A stretch of 64,000 bases of DNA from an uncultured Alphaproteobacteria bacterium (GTDB lineage Bacteria > Pseudomonadota > Alphaproteobacteria > RF32 > CAG-239), in assembly GCA_910587405.1 (NCBI GenBank), contig CAJUKS010000001.1:197325-261324 (forward strand). Direction: 5' to 3'. Position 1 is the first letter of the stretch; the number at the start of each line of letters is the position of its first letter. The translations under genes and the position numbers were made by a program. Below, one piece after another: positions 38,164 to 48,477 of this stretch. The notes beneath the pieces were generated by a model. It had not been told where the DNA came from. It saw only the letters and a program-made list of their open reading frames with translations, and did not search any database.

Positions 38164-38240
38164 GCGCTCTTAGCTCAGCAGGATAGAGCAACAGCCTTCT
38201 AAGCTGTGGGTCAGAGGTTCGAATCCTCTAGAGCGCGCCA
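38164..38240 (+). tRNA. tRNA-Arg (anticodon TCT)
   Basis: Acceptor GCGCTCT/AGAGCGC, anticodon stem ACAGC/GCTGT with loop CTTCTAA, T-loop TTCGAAT, CCA encoded. A terminator hairpin lies at about 38250..38278. Confidence 0.9.
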
Positions 38241-38512
38241 GTTTATCAAGCACCTCTTAACGAGGTGTTTTTTTTGTATCAAAAAACTGTGATCAGGCAA
38301 GTGATTGATGACAACGTCACGGATTAGAGAAAGCTGATTGACAGCGGATAACATTTAATTTATAAAGAAAAAGTCCGGTGCTGGAACACCGGACTTTGTC
38401 CTAATATATGTAAAGCGGAGAGGAAGCAAGTCATTGCTCTCCTTTTGGGACAACCGTTTGTCAGACTGCTTTTGATATGGTGATCGGCGATTATCAGAAT
38501 ATCCGCTTGATA

Positions 38513-38776
38513 TTAATTGTTTTTATCACTGATCATATCTTCCAGTTTTTGTTTGGCGCGGTCCAACTGTTCGGTGTCGGTCAGATTGCTGCCGGCGCGG
38601 TTCATGTAAAAAAGCAGCCGGTGCAACGCCAATGACGGATCGTTGTCGGCGCCGTCAAGCAGGGTTTGGACAATTTGCGGCGCTTTTTGCGTAAATGTGC
38701 TTGCGGGGGTGTGATAAGAAGTATGAACTTCTTCACTCCAGTAATCATTTTTTTCCATCGTTTTTCTCCGTTCCAA
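38513..38776 (-). CDS. Small hypothetical protein
   Basis: 87-aa hydrophilic ORF with no recognised motif. Confidence 0.35.
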   Translation of the reverse strand: MERRKTMEKNDYWSEEVHTSYHTPASTFTQKAPQIVQTLLDGADNDPSLALHRLLFYMNRAGSNLTDTEQLDRAKQKLEDMISDKNN

Positions 38777-38906
38777 TCATTGCCGTTTTACCAAGATAAG
38801 CGGCAAAAACCGCAATTAAAGCCGGACAATGGTTATAAAAGGGTTGCCAATCGTACGAAGACGGGCTATGCTGAGGTCACTAAACGATCAATCGGAGAAA
38901 GCCGTT

Positions 38907-39173
38907 ATGAATATATTAGCCGAAATTGCCGGTTACATTGCCGGAATTTGTATTGCAACCTGTTTTTTGCCCCAGACCCTGCAAACGATAAAGACGAAAA
39001 ACGTCCAAGATTTGTCGTTGTTCAGTTATATTATTTATTGTACCGGCATGATTTGTTGGGCGTTGTACGGCATTTATCTGCATTCGGTTCAGATGATTTT
39101 GTTCAATCTGATTTCGCTGTATTTTGCCGGAACGATACTGTTTATGATTGTCAAGTATAAGAAGAAATCTTAG
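38907..39173 (+). CDS. SemiSWEET / PQ-loop family small sugar transporter
   Basis: An internal Met gives about 88 aa with three TM helices. A PQ motif is present (FLPQTLQTIKTK). Confidence 0.55.
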   Translation: MNILAEIAGYIAGICIATCFLPQTLQTIKTKNVQDLSLFSYIIYCTGMICWALYGIYLHSVQMILFNLISLYFAGTILFMIVKYKKKS

Positions 39174-39194
39174 AAATTTTGCGGTCGCCTTAGA

Positions 39195-40361
39195 TTATGC
39201 CGTTTTTTCGGTATTTTTTATCGAGCCGATAACGGAAATCAGATAGACAACTCCGGCCAGCATGACAATAACGGCGCCGGTTTGAGAACCGCTCAGGTCC
39301 GAAGCCAGCCCCATCACGGGCGGAAACACCGCACCGCCGAAAATCCCCATGATCATCAGACCTGAAATTTCATTTTTCTTTTCGGGCAGATGCAGGATCG
39401 CCTGAGAAAACATAATCGGAAACAAGTTGGCGTTGTTAAAGCCGATCAGGGCAATTGAAACGTACAGGGCCGTCCGTTGTTCAAAAACGATCAAACCAAG
39501 CAAGCCGACGCCAAGCAAAATGACGCTGACGGCGTAAAAACGGCGGGTGGAAAAACGGCTGAGAATAAATGCACCGGCCAGGCTTCCGGCGGTACGAAAC
39601 AGAAAATAGGCGCTGGTTGCATAAGCGGCGTTTGCCAAAGGCAGGTTCAGCTTATCCATAATGACCCGCGGCAGCGAAAGGTTAACGCCGACGTCAATGC
39701 CGACATGGCAGACAATTCCGATAAAGCAAAACAAAACCGTGGCATCGCCGAGCAGGGCAAAACATTCTCTGAAAGTAAATGCGCGGCCGGTTATTTCTTC
39801 TTCTCTGATTTTTTCTGCTGCCAGAGAGACCGTCGCAATAATGCCTTCAATCAGAAAAACGGCAAACAAGAGCCGCCAATTGCCGTTATGAACGGCAAAC
39901 CAACCGGCAATCATCGGGGCCGAAAGGGCTGCAACGGCTTTGACAAACTGGCCGAAGGTAAGGGCAGCGGAGAGTTGTTGGGGGCTGACAATGTTTGACA
40001 ACAACGGGTTGAGTGATACCTGCATCATCGCATTGCCGATGCCGAGCAGAGAAAAAGTGAGCAGCATCAGAGGCAGATTATAGTCGGTTAACGGCAAAAT
40101 CATTGCTGCCAGCGTCAGAACAAGGCTGATCAGCACGGTTTTGCGGCGCCCGATTTTGTTCATCAGCATTCCGGTTGGAACCGAGCAGATTAAAAACCAA
40201 AAGAAAACCATGGAAGAGAACAGGTTGGCAACGGAATCGGAGAGAGAAAAATCGGCCTTGACATAGTTGGTGGCGATGCCGACCAGATCAATAAAGCCCA
40301 TGGCAAAGAAAGTCAGCATGATCGGAATGAGCTTGAGCAGTATACGGTTTTTAGGACTCAT
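39195..40361 (-). CDS. MFS transporter
   Basis: Twelve TM segments with an MFS-like GRRK loop motif. The start is set at MSPKNR, which has an RBS GGGAG 9 nt upstream. Confidence 0.8.
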   Translation of the reverse strand: MSPKNRILLKLIPIMLTFFAMGFIDLVGIATNYVKADFSLSDSVANLFSSMVFFWFLICSVPTGMLMNKIGRRKTVLISLVLTLAAMILPLTDYNLPLMLLTFSLLGIGNAMMQVSLNPLLSNIVSPQQLSAALTFGQFVKAVAALSAPMIAGWFAVHNGNWRLLFAVFLIEGIIATVSLAAEKIREEEITGRAFTFRECFALLGDATVLFCFIGIVCHVGIDVGVNLSLPRVIMDKLNLPLANAAYATSAYFLFRTAGSLAGAFILSRFSTRRFYAVSVILLGVGLLGLIVFEQRTALYVSIALIGFNNANLFPIMFSQAILHLPEKKNEISGLMIMGIFGGAVFPPVMGLASDLSGSQTGAVIVMLAGVVYLISVIGSIKNTEKTA

Positions 40362-40448
40362 TTGTGTGTTCTCCCGTCTCTGATAGATGTTGAAGCTGTA
40401 CGGATAACGATGCAACTTTCTTATGATATATTCCGTATTTGCAAATAA

Positions 40449-41456
40449 TCAATTGTTGCGGATGCCGATACGATATTCTTTGAATTTGGGTTGATCGGCA
40501 ATCAGGGCGGCATAGGGAGAATCTAATTCGGAAACGCGCTGCGGTTTTGGCGATGCCGTTATAACCAGAGGATCGACGGTGCGGTTTTTGCAAAAGATAC
40601 GGTCCAGGCACGGTTCGGCATTGTCGCAAAAATATTCGGGCGGATTTTGCAGCATTTGATAATAACCGGCCAGTTCCTTGTCCTGAAGACCGGAGGCTTC
40701 GATTGTTTGGATGATTTCCGCATCACCGCGGTTGTAAAAGTCTTCCAGTTTGAGAAGAGAGATATCGATGGCGCGGCGAAACATCAGGGCAGAAACGCAA
40801 AACTGGACCGCGGAGGCAAAACCCGACCACATGTTATGGTTGAGATGATAAAAAAGACGGCTGAATTTTATTGCTGCGTTCAGATTGTCAAATACGAAAG
40901 AACCGTTATGTATAACCAGCCGGCCGAGGATAACGTCTTTATCTTCCAACGTCAGATCACCGCTTAAAACACCGGCCCGCAAGCAATAGTCGATGCGGTC
41001 GGCACAGATGTCGGGCAGTTGGTTTTCCTTAAGCGGAAAACGGCTTTCGTCCAATATACGGTCAAGGTTGAAGCCGTGACGGGTAATGATTGCGGCCAGT
41101 GAAGAACGACGTACAAAGTTGTCGTGCAAGCGGTCTTGACAATTCTGTGTTTTTTCGCCTTCGGCTTCGCGGAGAATATAATCAATCGTGTGCGAAAAAG
41201 CCGAGTGAGAAACATCGTGAATCAAACCGGCTATTTGTTCTTCCAAAGGGGCATTGAAACGACGTAACAGAAGCATGACGCCGACCGAATGCCGGTAACG
41301 GGTATAATCGCGGTGTCCGGATGCATAAGGAGATCCGGGATAATAGCCGCCCATGCCGATTTGCTGCAGACGCTGCAATTCCGGCGCCTTGAGCAGTTCA
41401 ATCAATACCGGTTGGTCAATTTCGGCTTGGCCGTAAAGAATGTCGTTGATAATCAT
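40449..41456 (-). CDS. HD-domain metal-dependent phosphohydrolase
   Basis: H...HD motif (IHDVSHSAFSH) at 335 aa. Confidence 0.7.
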   Translation of the reverse strand: MIINDILYGQAEIDQPVLIELLKAPELQRLQQIGMGGYYPGSPYASGHRDYTRYRHSVGVMLLLRRFNAPLEEQIAGLIHDVSHSAFSHTIDYILREAEGEKTQNCQDRLHDNFVRRSSLAAIITRHGFNLDRILDESRFPLKENQLPDICADRIDYCLRAGVLSGDLTLEDKDVILGRLVIHNGSFVFDNLNAAIKFSRLFYHLNHNMWSGFASAVQFCVSALMFRRAIDISLLKLEDFYNRGDAEIIQTIEASGLQDKELAGYYQMLQNPPEYFCDNAEPCLDRIFCKNRTVDPLVITASPKPQRVSELDSPYAALIADQPKFKEYRIGIRNN

Positions 41457-41559
41457 GTTTCACCTCTGCGAAGATCATCGCATTGAAATTGAAAAATGCA
41501 AACGAAAAAAGCTGTTTTCCCCCGTGAGGGAGAAAAACAGCTTTAGACGGTGGTTCTTT

Positions 41560-42234
41560 TTATGCAAAAAAGCACAACAGAACGCCGATGATTACGCTCA
41601 AGTTAGACAGCCCCGCATGGCCGATTACTAACGCGGCGGTAATGAAGTGTACATCTTCGGTCAGTTTTCCCGATGATTTTCTGTCGGCTGCAAACCGGAA
41701 AACAACTGTCGGCATCAGCATAAACAGGAACATTTCCAATCCGACGACAACCGGAAAAAACAGGTTATCGAACAGATACCACATGACGCCGAAAACCGCC
41801 GGAGCCGTCAACAGCATGATGATCAGGCAGATTTTGAACGGCATCGGGCGCGAACGAAAGAAGTTGCACAACGAAATGATGCCAAACGCAATTGCCGGAG
41901 GAACCGTAAACGCCAGAACGGGCGGGCCGATCACCAGGCAGCTGAAAACGCCGAAAGAGACTGCAAAAACCATCAGGGTCGGAAAATGCCAGCGCCCAAG
42001 ATTTTTACGTCCGATCAGCAGGATCAGGAAGCTGAACAGGGTTGCAAAACTGCTGAGATCTTTGACGGAGTTGATGAACTGGTTGTAGAAATCACCCCAG
42101 GGTGCGAAAACCGCCATGATAAGAGACGCAGTTGCAAAGACCTTAAACAAAACTGAAGAGATATGCGGCATCAGTTTGTTCGGATCGATTACATCGGTGT
42201 GCGGAACCCGGGCACCGAAAAATAGTTTTTTTGC
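41560..42234 (-). CDS. Hypothetical polytopic membrane protein
   Basis: Start set at MAKKLFF. About 6 TM segments. Confidence 0.45.
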   Translation of the reverse strand, partial: AKKLFFGARVPHTDVIDPNKLMPHISSVLFKVFATASLIMAVFAPWGDFYNQFINSVKDLSSFATLFSFLILLIGRKNLGRWHFPTLMVFAVSFGVFSCLVIGPPVLAFTVPPAIAFGIISLCNFFRSRPMPFKICLIIMLLTAPAVFGVMWYLFDNLFFPVVVGLEMFLFMLMPTVVFRFAADRKSSGKLTEDVHFITAALVIGHAGLSNLSVIIGVLLCFFA

Positions 42235-42328
42235 CATATTCTTAAGATTAATAATTATCAATTAAACTTATTATAAGAAATTTAGACAAAAAGTCAAGTC
42301 AATTTACATTTTTGCAAAAACGGTGCTG

Positions 42329-43513
42329 TCAGAGGGTCAGCTTATAGGCGTCTTGGGCAATGACCAATTCTTCGTCGGTGGGAATGACCAATACCCGTAC
42401 CTGTGAGTTTGGTTTGGTTATTTCGGCAAATCCGTGAACGGCGGCGTTGGCCTCGGGATCGAAATCAACCCCCAGCCAGGCCAGTTTTTCGCAGATGCGG
42501 CGGCGAATAAAATCGGAATTTTCACCGATGCCGGCGGTAAAAACGATCGCGTCGACGCCGTTCATTGCCGCGGTATAAGCGCCGATGTATTTGACAATTT
42601 GATAAACATAGCTGTTCATTGCCCTAACGGCAGCCGGGTCGTTCTGATGAAAAAGCGCTTCAATGTCACGGCGGTCGTTGTGCCCCTCGGAGAGGGCATA
42701 GAGACCGCATTGCTTGTTCAGCATCATATTAACTTCATCGGCGCTTTTGTTTTGGGTTTTCATGATATACAGCGGAATGAACGGATCAATGTCGCCGCAG
42801 CGCGTACCCATAAAAATGCCCGGAACGCCGCCGAACCCCATTGAGGTGTCGATGCTTTTGCCGTTTTTGACCGCGGTGACGGAAGCGCCGTTGCCGAGAT
42901 GGCAGGTAATGAAACGGCCGCTTTTGCCCAGATATTCAACCGCTTTTTGCGAAACGTAATAATGGGAAGTGCCGTGGAAGCCATAACGGCGGATGCGGTA
43001 TTTTTGATATTGTTCGGCGGGCAGGGCGTACATACAGGCTTCTTTGGGCATGCTTTGATGAAAGGCCGAATCAAAAGTTGCCGTTTGCGGCATTTGCGGC
43101 AGCAGCTTTTTTATGGCCTCAATCCCCAGAATGAAGGCATGACCGTGCAACGGCAGCAAATCGGCGGTTTCGTATATCTTTTCCATAACGTTATTATTGA
43201 TGAGGACGGATTTGTCAAAATATTCGCCGCCGTGACCGAGACGATGCCCGACCGCTGACAGTTCGGAAATATCGGATAAAACGGCGGGAATCAGCAGCCG
43301 AAAAATTTGTTCGAGTGTCGTTTTGTGATCCGGCAGCGGCATGTTTTGGGTAATGACTTGTCCGTCCGGTGTTTTCAACGTCAGGTTAGAGTCCTTTTCG
43401 CCGATCCGTTCGGCAAGGCCTTTTGCCATGACGCGGTGGGTGTTGTCATCCATATTGAACAATTGATATTTGAGGCTGGAAGAGCCGGAATTGAGCACCA
43501 GAATTTTTTTCAT
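42329..43513 (-). CDS. ackA: Acetate kinase
   Basis: MKKILVLNSGSSSLKYQ N-terminus and ASKHA-fold motifs. Confidence 0.95.
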   Translation of the reverse strand: MKKILVLNSGSSSLKYQLFNMDDNTHRVMAKGLAERIGEKDSNLTLKTPDGQVITQNMPLPDHKTTLEQIFRLLIPAVLSDISELSAVGHRLGHGGEYFDKSVLINNNVMEKIYETADLLPLHGHAFILGIEAIKKLLPQMPQTATFDSAFHQSMPKEACMYALPAEQYQKYRIRRYGFHGTSHYYVSQKAVEYLGKSGRFITCHLGNGASVTAVKNGKSIDTSMGFGGVPGIFMGTRCGDIDPFIPLYIMKTQNKSADEVNMMLNKQCGLYALSEGHNDRRDIEALFHQNDPAAVRAMNSYVYQIVKYIGAYTAAMNGVDAIVFTAGIGENSDFIRRRICEKLAWLGVDFDPEANAAVHGFAEITKPNSQVRVLVIPTDEELVIAQDAYKLTL

Positions 43514-43646
43514 GTTACTTTCCCGAAAGTTATGTCTGCCGCATAGTAGATAATTTTGCGCCGGTTGGCAATAATTTATTTTTTTGGCTTGAATAGAAGC
43601 ATAAAAATAGTATTTTATCAGATATATTTGGATAAGGAGCAGAAAA

Positions 43647-44591
43647 ATGGCGGAGTATAAGACAAAAGTTTTGATTATCGGATCGGGACCGGCCGGCTAT
43701 ACCGCCGGCATTTATGCCGCGCGGGCGGGGATGCGTCCGGTGCTGGTCAGCGGTACCCAGAAAGGCGGCCAGCTGACAATTACCACTGATGTTGAAAATT
43801 TTCCCGGTTTTCCCGAGCCGATCAACGGAAGCGAGTTGATGCAGCGGATGCATGATCAGGCGGTTAACGTCGGTGTGACCATCGTCGAAGATCAAATTTC
43901 CGAAGTTTATTTTGCCGAAAATCCGTTCGTTTTAATTTCTGAGGGCGCAAACTCTTATTGTGCCGACAGCGTGATTATTGCCACCGGGGCTTCGGCGCGC
44001 TGGCTCGGACTGCCTAACGAAGAAAAGTTTCGCGGCTACGGCGTTTCGGGGTGTGCGACCTGTGACGGTTTTTTCTATCGCAATAAGGATGTCGTGGTGG
44101 TCGGCGGCGGCAATACGGCCGCCGAAGAAGCGCTGTATCTGTCGGGGATTGCCAAAAACGTCACTTTGATACATCGTCGCGACCAGTTGCGCGCCGATAA
44201 GGTGATGCAGGACAGAATAAAGAATAATCCGAAAATTCAGGTGGAATGGGACAGCGTGATAGAAGACATTTTGGGCACCGATACCCCCAAAGGCGTGACC
44301 GGCGTCCGGATTAAGAATTTGAAAACCGATAAATACAAGGATCTTGAAGTGGACGGCGTCTTTATTGCGATCGGACACAAACCCAATACCGAAATATTTA
44401 AAAATGCCGTAGATCTCGACAAGGACGGTTATGTCGTGACATCTCCGGGAAGCTGCCGCACCAGCGTTAACGGGGTTTTTGCCGCCGGAGACGTTAAAGA
44501 CGCCGTTTACCGTCAGGCAGTTACGGCTGCCGGATCGGGGTGTCAGGCGTTTTTGGAAGCTCAGCGTTATTTGCAGGAGTGCAAATCCTAA
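43647..44591 (+). CDS. trxB: Thioredoxin-disulfide reductase
   Basis: GSGPAGYTAG FAD motif, CATC redox centre, and GGGNTAAEEALYL NADPH motif. Confidence 0.95.
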   Translation: MAEYKTKVLIIGSGPAGYTAGIYAARAGMRPVLVSGTQKGGQLTITTDVENFPGFPEPINGSELMQRMHDQAVNVGVTIVEDQISEVYFAENPFVLISEGANSYCADSVIIATGASARWLGLPNEEKFRGYGVSGCATCDGFFYRNKDVVVVGGGNTAAEEALYLSGIAKNVTLIHRRDQLRADKVMQDRIKNNPKIQVEWDSVIEDILGTDTPKGVTGVRIKNLKTDKYKDLEVDGVFIAIGHKPNTEIFKNAVDLDKDGYVVTSPGSCRTSVNGVFAAGDVKDAVYRQAVTAAGSGCQAFLEAQRYLQECKS

Positions 44592-44633
44592 CTCGGCAAG
44601 GAAGACGGCAGCAACATTGCCGCCGGGATAGGA

Positions 44634-44801
44634 TTATTCTTCGGTCAAAACGACATCGCTGCCGGCGGTTTCTTTGAAAGTTTCGGCGTCAAAGTCGTGA
44701 TGGGTATTGTTGGGAAAAGAACAACCGCATTTGTCATCTTCGCGGCATTCGCATTTGTCTTCGAAATTTTCGATAATCATCTTTTTTTCTTTTTTTCTCA
44801 T
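44634..44801 (-). CDS. Small Cys-rich protein (55 aa), not in the ORF track
   Basis: Reverse complement reads MRKKEKKMIIENFEDKCECREDDKCGCSFPNNTHHDFDAETFKETAGSDVVLTEE*. Four Cys fall in a C-x-C...C-x-C arrangement. It lies between greA and trxB. Confidence 0.3.
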   Translation of the reverse strand: MRKKEKKMIIENFEDKCECREDDKCGCSFPNNTHHDFDAETFKETAGSDVVLTEE

Positions 44802-44881
44802 AATAACCTCGTTAAAAAATTAAAGCCGGATCTGTTATATCCGGCTTTAAAGTTATTGCGTCTTTATGAAATTTAAAGGGG

Positions 44882-45352
44882 CTAATAAATGACTTCGAGA
44901 ATTTCAAAGGATTTTTTTCCGCCCGGTGCCGTATATTCGGCAACATCGCCCACTTCTTTGCCGATCAGCGCTTTGGCCAGCGGCGAAGAGAGGGAGATTT
45001 TGTTTTTTTCGATATCGGCTTCATAATCGCCGACGATCTGGTATTTGCTTTCGCGGTCGGTATCTTCGTCAACGACCAGAACCACGGCGCCGAAACGGAC
45101 AATGCCGCCTTTGTTGAGACTGGGATCAATGACCTGGGCACGGCTGATAACCGCTTCCAGTTCCTGAATTCGTCCTTCGATAAAGCTTTGTTTCTCCTTG
45201 GCGGCAGAATATTCGGCATTTTCGGACAAATCGCCGTGAGAGCGCGCTTCGGATATGGCGGCAATAATGTTGGGGCGTTCGACGCCTTTTAAATTTTTCA
45301 GTTCCTGCTCAAGTGCAGTAAACCCTTCTTTGGTTAAAGGGAACTTATCCAT
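44882..45352 (-). CDS. greA: Transcription elongation factor GreA
   Basis: 156 aa with an N-terminal coiled-coil and a C-terminal FKBP-like domain. Confidence 0.95.
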   Translation of the reverse strand: MDKFPLTKEGFTALEQELKNLKGVERPNIIAAISEARSHGDLSENAEYSAAKEKQSFIEGRIQELEAVISRAQVIDPSLNKGGIVRFGAVVLVVDEDTDRESKYQIVGDYEADIEKNKISLSSPLAKALIGKEVGDVAEYTAPGGKKSFEILEVIY

Positions 45353-45569
45353 CTCTGTTACCTCTGTGATTAAAATTAAAAAAATTTTGACTGCGAAAAG
45401 GATTACCTTTCACAGTCATTAATACGTTATTTTGATGTTAAACAGATATAACACATAAAATGAATTTGGCAAGAGAAATTTCTGCCAAACCGTGATTTTT
45501 TGCTATACATCCCCGAAAGGTGTGGTATATATTGACAATGTCAATTCAGAACTATCGGGAGATGTGGCA

Positions 45570-46025
45570 ATGAGAAAAATTTATATGTTGGCGGCCGTAT
45601 CCGTTTTGGTCGGTGCCGCCTCCGGTGCCCAAGCCATAGACAGCACAGGCTGCGGGCTGGGGTCAATGGCCTGGCGCGGCGTGTCGGGACCGGAGGCGCA
45701 AGTGTTGGCCGTCACCACCAATACGTCTACCGGAAGCCAGACTTTCGGTATTACTTTCGGCACCTCGGGATGTGATCCGCAAGGACGGGTAACCGGCGGA
45801 ACCCAGAGAATGGTGTTTGATTTTATTCAAAACAATATGGAACAATATGCGCTGGACGCGGCACGCGGCGAAGGGGAAACGCTGGAAACGGTAGCCGGAA
45901 TGCTGAATGTGGACAAGAAGACGTTTGCAGCAAAATCACAGCAGTATTTTGCTTCGATTTTTCCCGACGACAACGTTGATGCCGTTTATGTGACGGCGAA
46001 AATTTTTGAAATTTTTGCTGTTTAA
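45570..46025 (+). CDS. Secreted hypothetical protein (DUF3015-like)
   Basis: Start set at MRKIYMLAAVSVLVGAASGAQA (signal peptide). Two Cys, Gly/Thr-rich. Confidence 0.45.
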   Translation: MRKIYMLAAVSVLVGAASGAQAIDSTGCGLGSMAWRGVSGPEAQVLAVTTNTSTGSQTFGITFGTSGCDPQGRVTGGTQRMVFDFIQNNMEQYALDAARGEGETLETVAGMLNVDKKTFAAKSQQYFASIFPDDNVDAVYVTAKIFEIFAV

Positions 46026-46110
46026 CTTGTTATCGGGCGGCTGCGGAAAAATCTCGCACCGCCTTTTATTCTGTCGTTTTTTCAAAAGCTTGCAAGCGAT
46101 ATTTTAATTA

Positions 46111-47931
46111 ATGAAATTCGGACTGTTTTTTCTCTTCTTTCTGTTTTGTCACGGTGCTGCGGCGAAAGAAAGGCTTTTTGCCTACGATCGGCAGTGGTTG
46201 GCGTTGCTGCATTACCAGTCCGGAATATTTTCGGAATATGTCGGCAGTATCGACTCATCCGGTTTTTACTTGGCCGAAAACGGCCGTTATGATCCGGAAG
46301 CGGAACTGCGAGCGACGGTCGAATTATTTTCCAAAAGGGTTGACAGTGAAACGATATGTCGTTTTCCGGCAAGATATAAATTATTATTAAACAACAGACT
46401 AATTAAAAAGATTGATGTTAAATGTGAAGAATACGACGAATTTCTTTCCGATCTTCGTCCGGCCGGAATCACTTTGTTGTTTACGGACGCTTATATGAAC
46501 AATCCGTCTTCGATGTTCGGACATACGCTGCTTCGGATTGATACCGGCCGCAGCGGGACCCAGCTGCTGGCGCACGGGGCGAATTACGGCGCTTTTACGG
46601 AAGGAAAAGAAAATACGCTGTTATATGCCGTTTACGGCCTGAGCGGCGGTTATGAAGCCGGGTGGACGGTCAGACCTTATCACAGCGTCATCAATACTTA
46701 TAACAATATTGAAAATCGGGACATTTGGGAGTTTCAGCTTGATTTTTCGGCTGAAGAACGCGATATGCTGGCAGCGCATTTATGGGAACTGGGACATACC
46801 CGCAGCCGTTATTACTTTTTTACCAAAAACTGTTCTTACATGATTATGGAGATGTTGGATGCGGTGCGGCCGTCGCTGGCGCTGGCACGACAATTTCCGC
46901 TGCAGACGATTCCGCTTGATACGGTCAAAGCGGTTTACCGTACGCCCGGTTTGGTTAAAGATGTCAATTACCGTCCGTCGCGCCGGACCGAAATTGTTAA
47001 TCGGCTGGAGCAAATGAATTTGCGGCAGAAAAGGGCCTTTTTGAGGGCTGTTCGCGAAGAAGACCATGATTTGCCGGAAATTGAAGCCGCCGAAAAGGCT
47101 GACGTGTTGGAAACGGCTTATCAATATGTGCAATATCAGTTTGTAAGCAAAGAACTTGAACTTTCCGAATATCGCCGCCGGAGTTTTGCCGTTCTTGCCG
47201 CCCGCAACCGCCTTGGGATTCAAAAATCGGAAACGCCGGCAAAACCGGAAACTGTGTCGCCTCTCCGTTCGCACGAAGCGATGCGGGCAACTTTTGGAAT
47301 CGGAAGCCGCAACGGTAAGATTTTTCAGGAGATTTCGTATCGGCCGGCCTACCATTCGCTGACAGATGCGAGCGACGGTCTGGCGACGGGGGCCGAAATT
47401 AACTTTTTTAACCTGAAACTCCGTCACTATGATCACGCGGATAAAACCGTTTTGGATCGACTGGATATTCTTGGTATCAGGTCATTAGCGCCGGCGGATG
47501 AACTGTTTTCTCCCCGGTCGTTTACGATTGCTCTTAATATCTCGCGGGAAAATGATCCGCTGACCGGCGGTGAAGGATATGTTTTGAACGGCGGTGTCAG
47601 TGCCGGAAAAACAATTGCTGCCGCTGACAGCCTTTATTTTTATGCTATGGGCGGCGTTGCCGGCGGATACGGCGGCTTTTTGCCCCGCAATCAATATGCG
47701 GCTTTTGAACTTACGACAGGTCTGTTTGCCGGGTGGGGATCTTTGAAACTGCTGGCGGAAGCAACAAAAAGCTTTTCTTCTTCCCGGTTTGCCGACCGGA
47801 TGCGTTACCGGGCCGAAGTCGGGGTTTCTTTGACGCAAAACTGGGGAGTGGCAGCAGAGTATCTCTATGACGAAAACGAGAAAGGAGAAGATGATGAGGA
47901 ATTTGTCACTTCGGTTCGGTACTATTTCTAA
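46111..47931 (+). CDS. Secreted DUF4105-like (Lnb N-terminal domain family) protein with a C-terminal beta-rich region
   Basis: Signal peptide, an SMFGHTLLRID motif, and a C-terminus ending RYYF (terminal aromatic). Confidence 0.5.
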   Translation: MKFGLFFLFFLFCHGAAAKERLFAYDRQWLALLHYQSGIFSEYVGSIDSSGFYLAENGRYDPEAELRATVELFSKRVDSETICRFPARYKLLLNNRLIKKIDVKCEEYDEFLSDLRPAGITLLFTDAYMNNPSSMFGHTLLRIDTGRSGTQLLAHGANYGAFTEGKENTLLYAVYGLSGGYEAGWTVRPYHSVINTYNNIENRDIWEFQLDFSAEERDMLAAHLWELGHTRSRYYFFTKNCSYMIMEMLDAVRPSLALARQFPLQTIPLDTVKAVYRTPGLVKDVNYRPSRRTEIVNRLEQMNLRQKRAFLRAVREEDHDLPEIEAAEKADVLETAYQYVQYQFVSKELELSEYRRRSFAVLAARNRLGIQKSETPAKPETVSPLRSHEAMRATFGIGSRNGKIFQEISYRPAYHSLTDASDGLATGAEINFFNLKLRHYDHADKTVLDRLDILGIRSLAPADELFSPRSFTIALNISRENDPLTGGEGYVLNGGVSAGKTIAAADSLYFYAMGGVAGGYGGFLPRNQYAAFELTTGLFAGWGSLKLLAEATKSFSSSRFADRMRYRAEVGVSLTQNWGVAAEYLYDENEKGEDDEEFVTSVRYYF

Positions 47932-48052
47932 AAAAGCTTGCGGTGTGACAAGAATGCGGTTATAATGTCTTTGTTGAAAAAGATTATTCTGTGTATGTAT
48001 TGTTTTTGAACAGCGGAATTTTTTCTTTTGTTTAAAATAAAATTTTAACATT

Positions 48053-48292
48053 ATGAAAATTAAAAAAATGATCAGGCGGATATTTGAAAATGACTTTCGG
48101 ATATTTGCCGTCGTCTGTGAGGTTTGCGCCGTTATTTTTACGGTCTGGGCCTGTTGCTGCGAGAAATGCTTTTTCTGGCATGAAATCGCTTTTCTGTTTG
48201 CTCTTCCGTTTTTGGTATGGGCGGGTGAAAAGTTGTTTGTTTTTCTGTTGGCAGTGGGGATGACAATTGCCGATTTGTTCGAAAAGAACTGA
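48053..48292 (+). CDS. Small hypothetical membrane protein
   Basis: 79 aa with two hydrophobic helices and a CCC cluster. Confidence 0.25.
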   Translation: MKIKKMIRRIFENDFRIFAVVCEVCAVIFTVWACCCEKCFFWHEIAFLFALPFLVWAGEKLFVFLLAVGMTIADLFEKN

Positions 48293-48477
48293 TTCCGCGT
48301 TTATCTGCGGTAAAACGACGTCTGTAAAGGCGTCGTTTTTTTGTGCCGTTCGGCTGACAAGACGTTTTTCCTTTTGGTTTTTTATGAGGTTTGTCTTGCA
48401 TTTTGCGGTTAAGCGTTATATTTTTTATCACAAACTGTGAGAGTTTTTGATACAGATGATTATACAGGGAGAATAAA

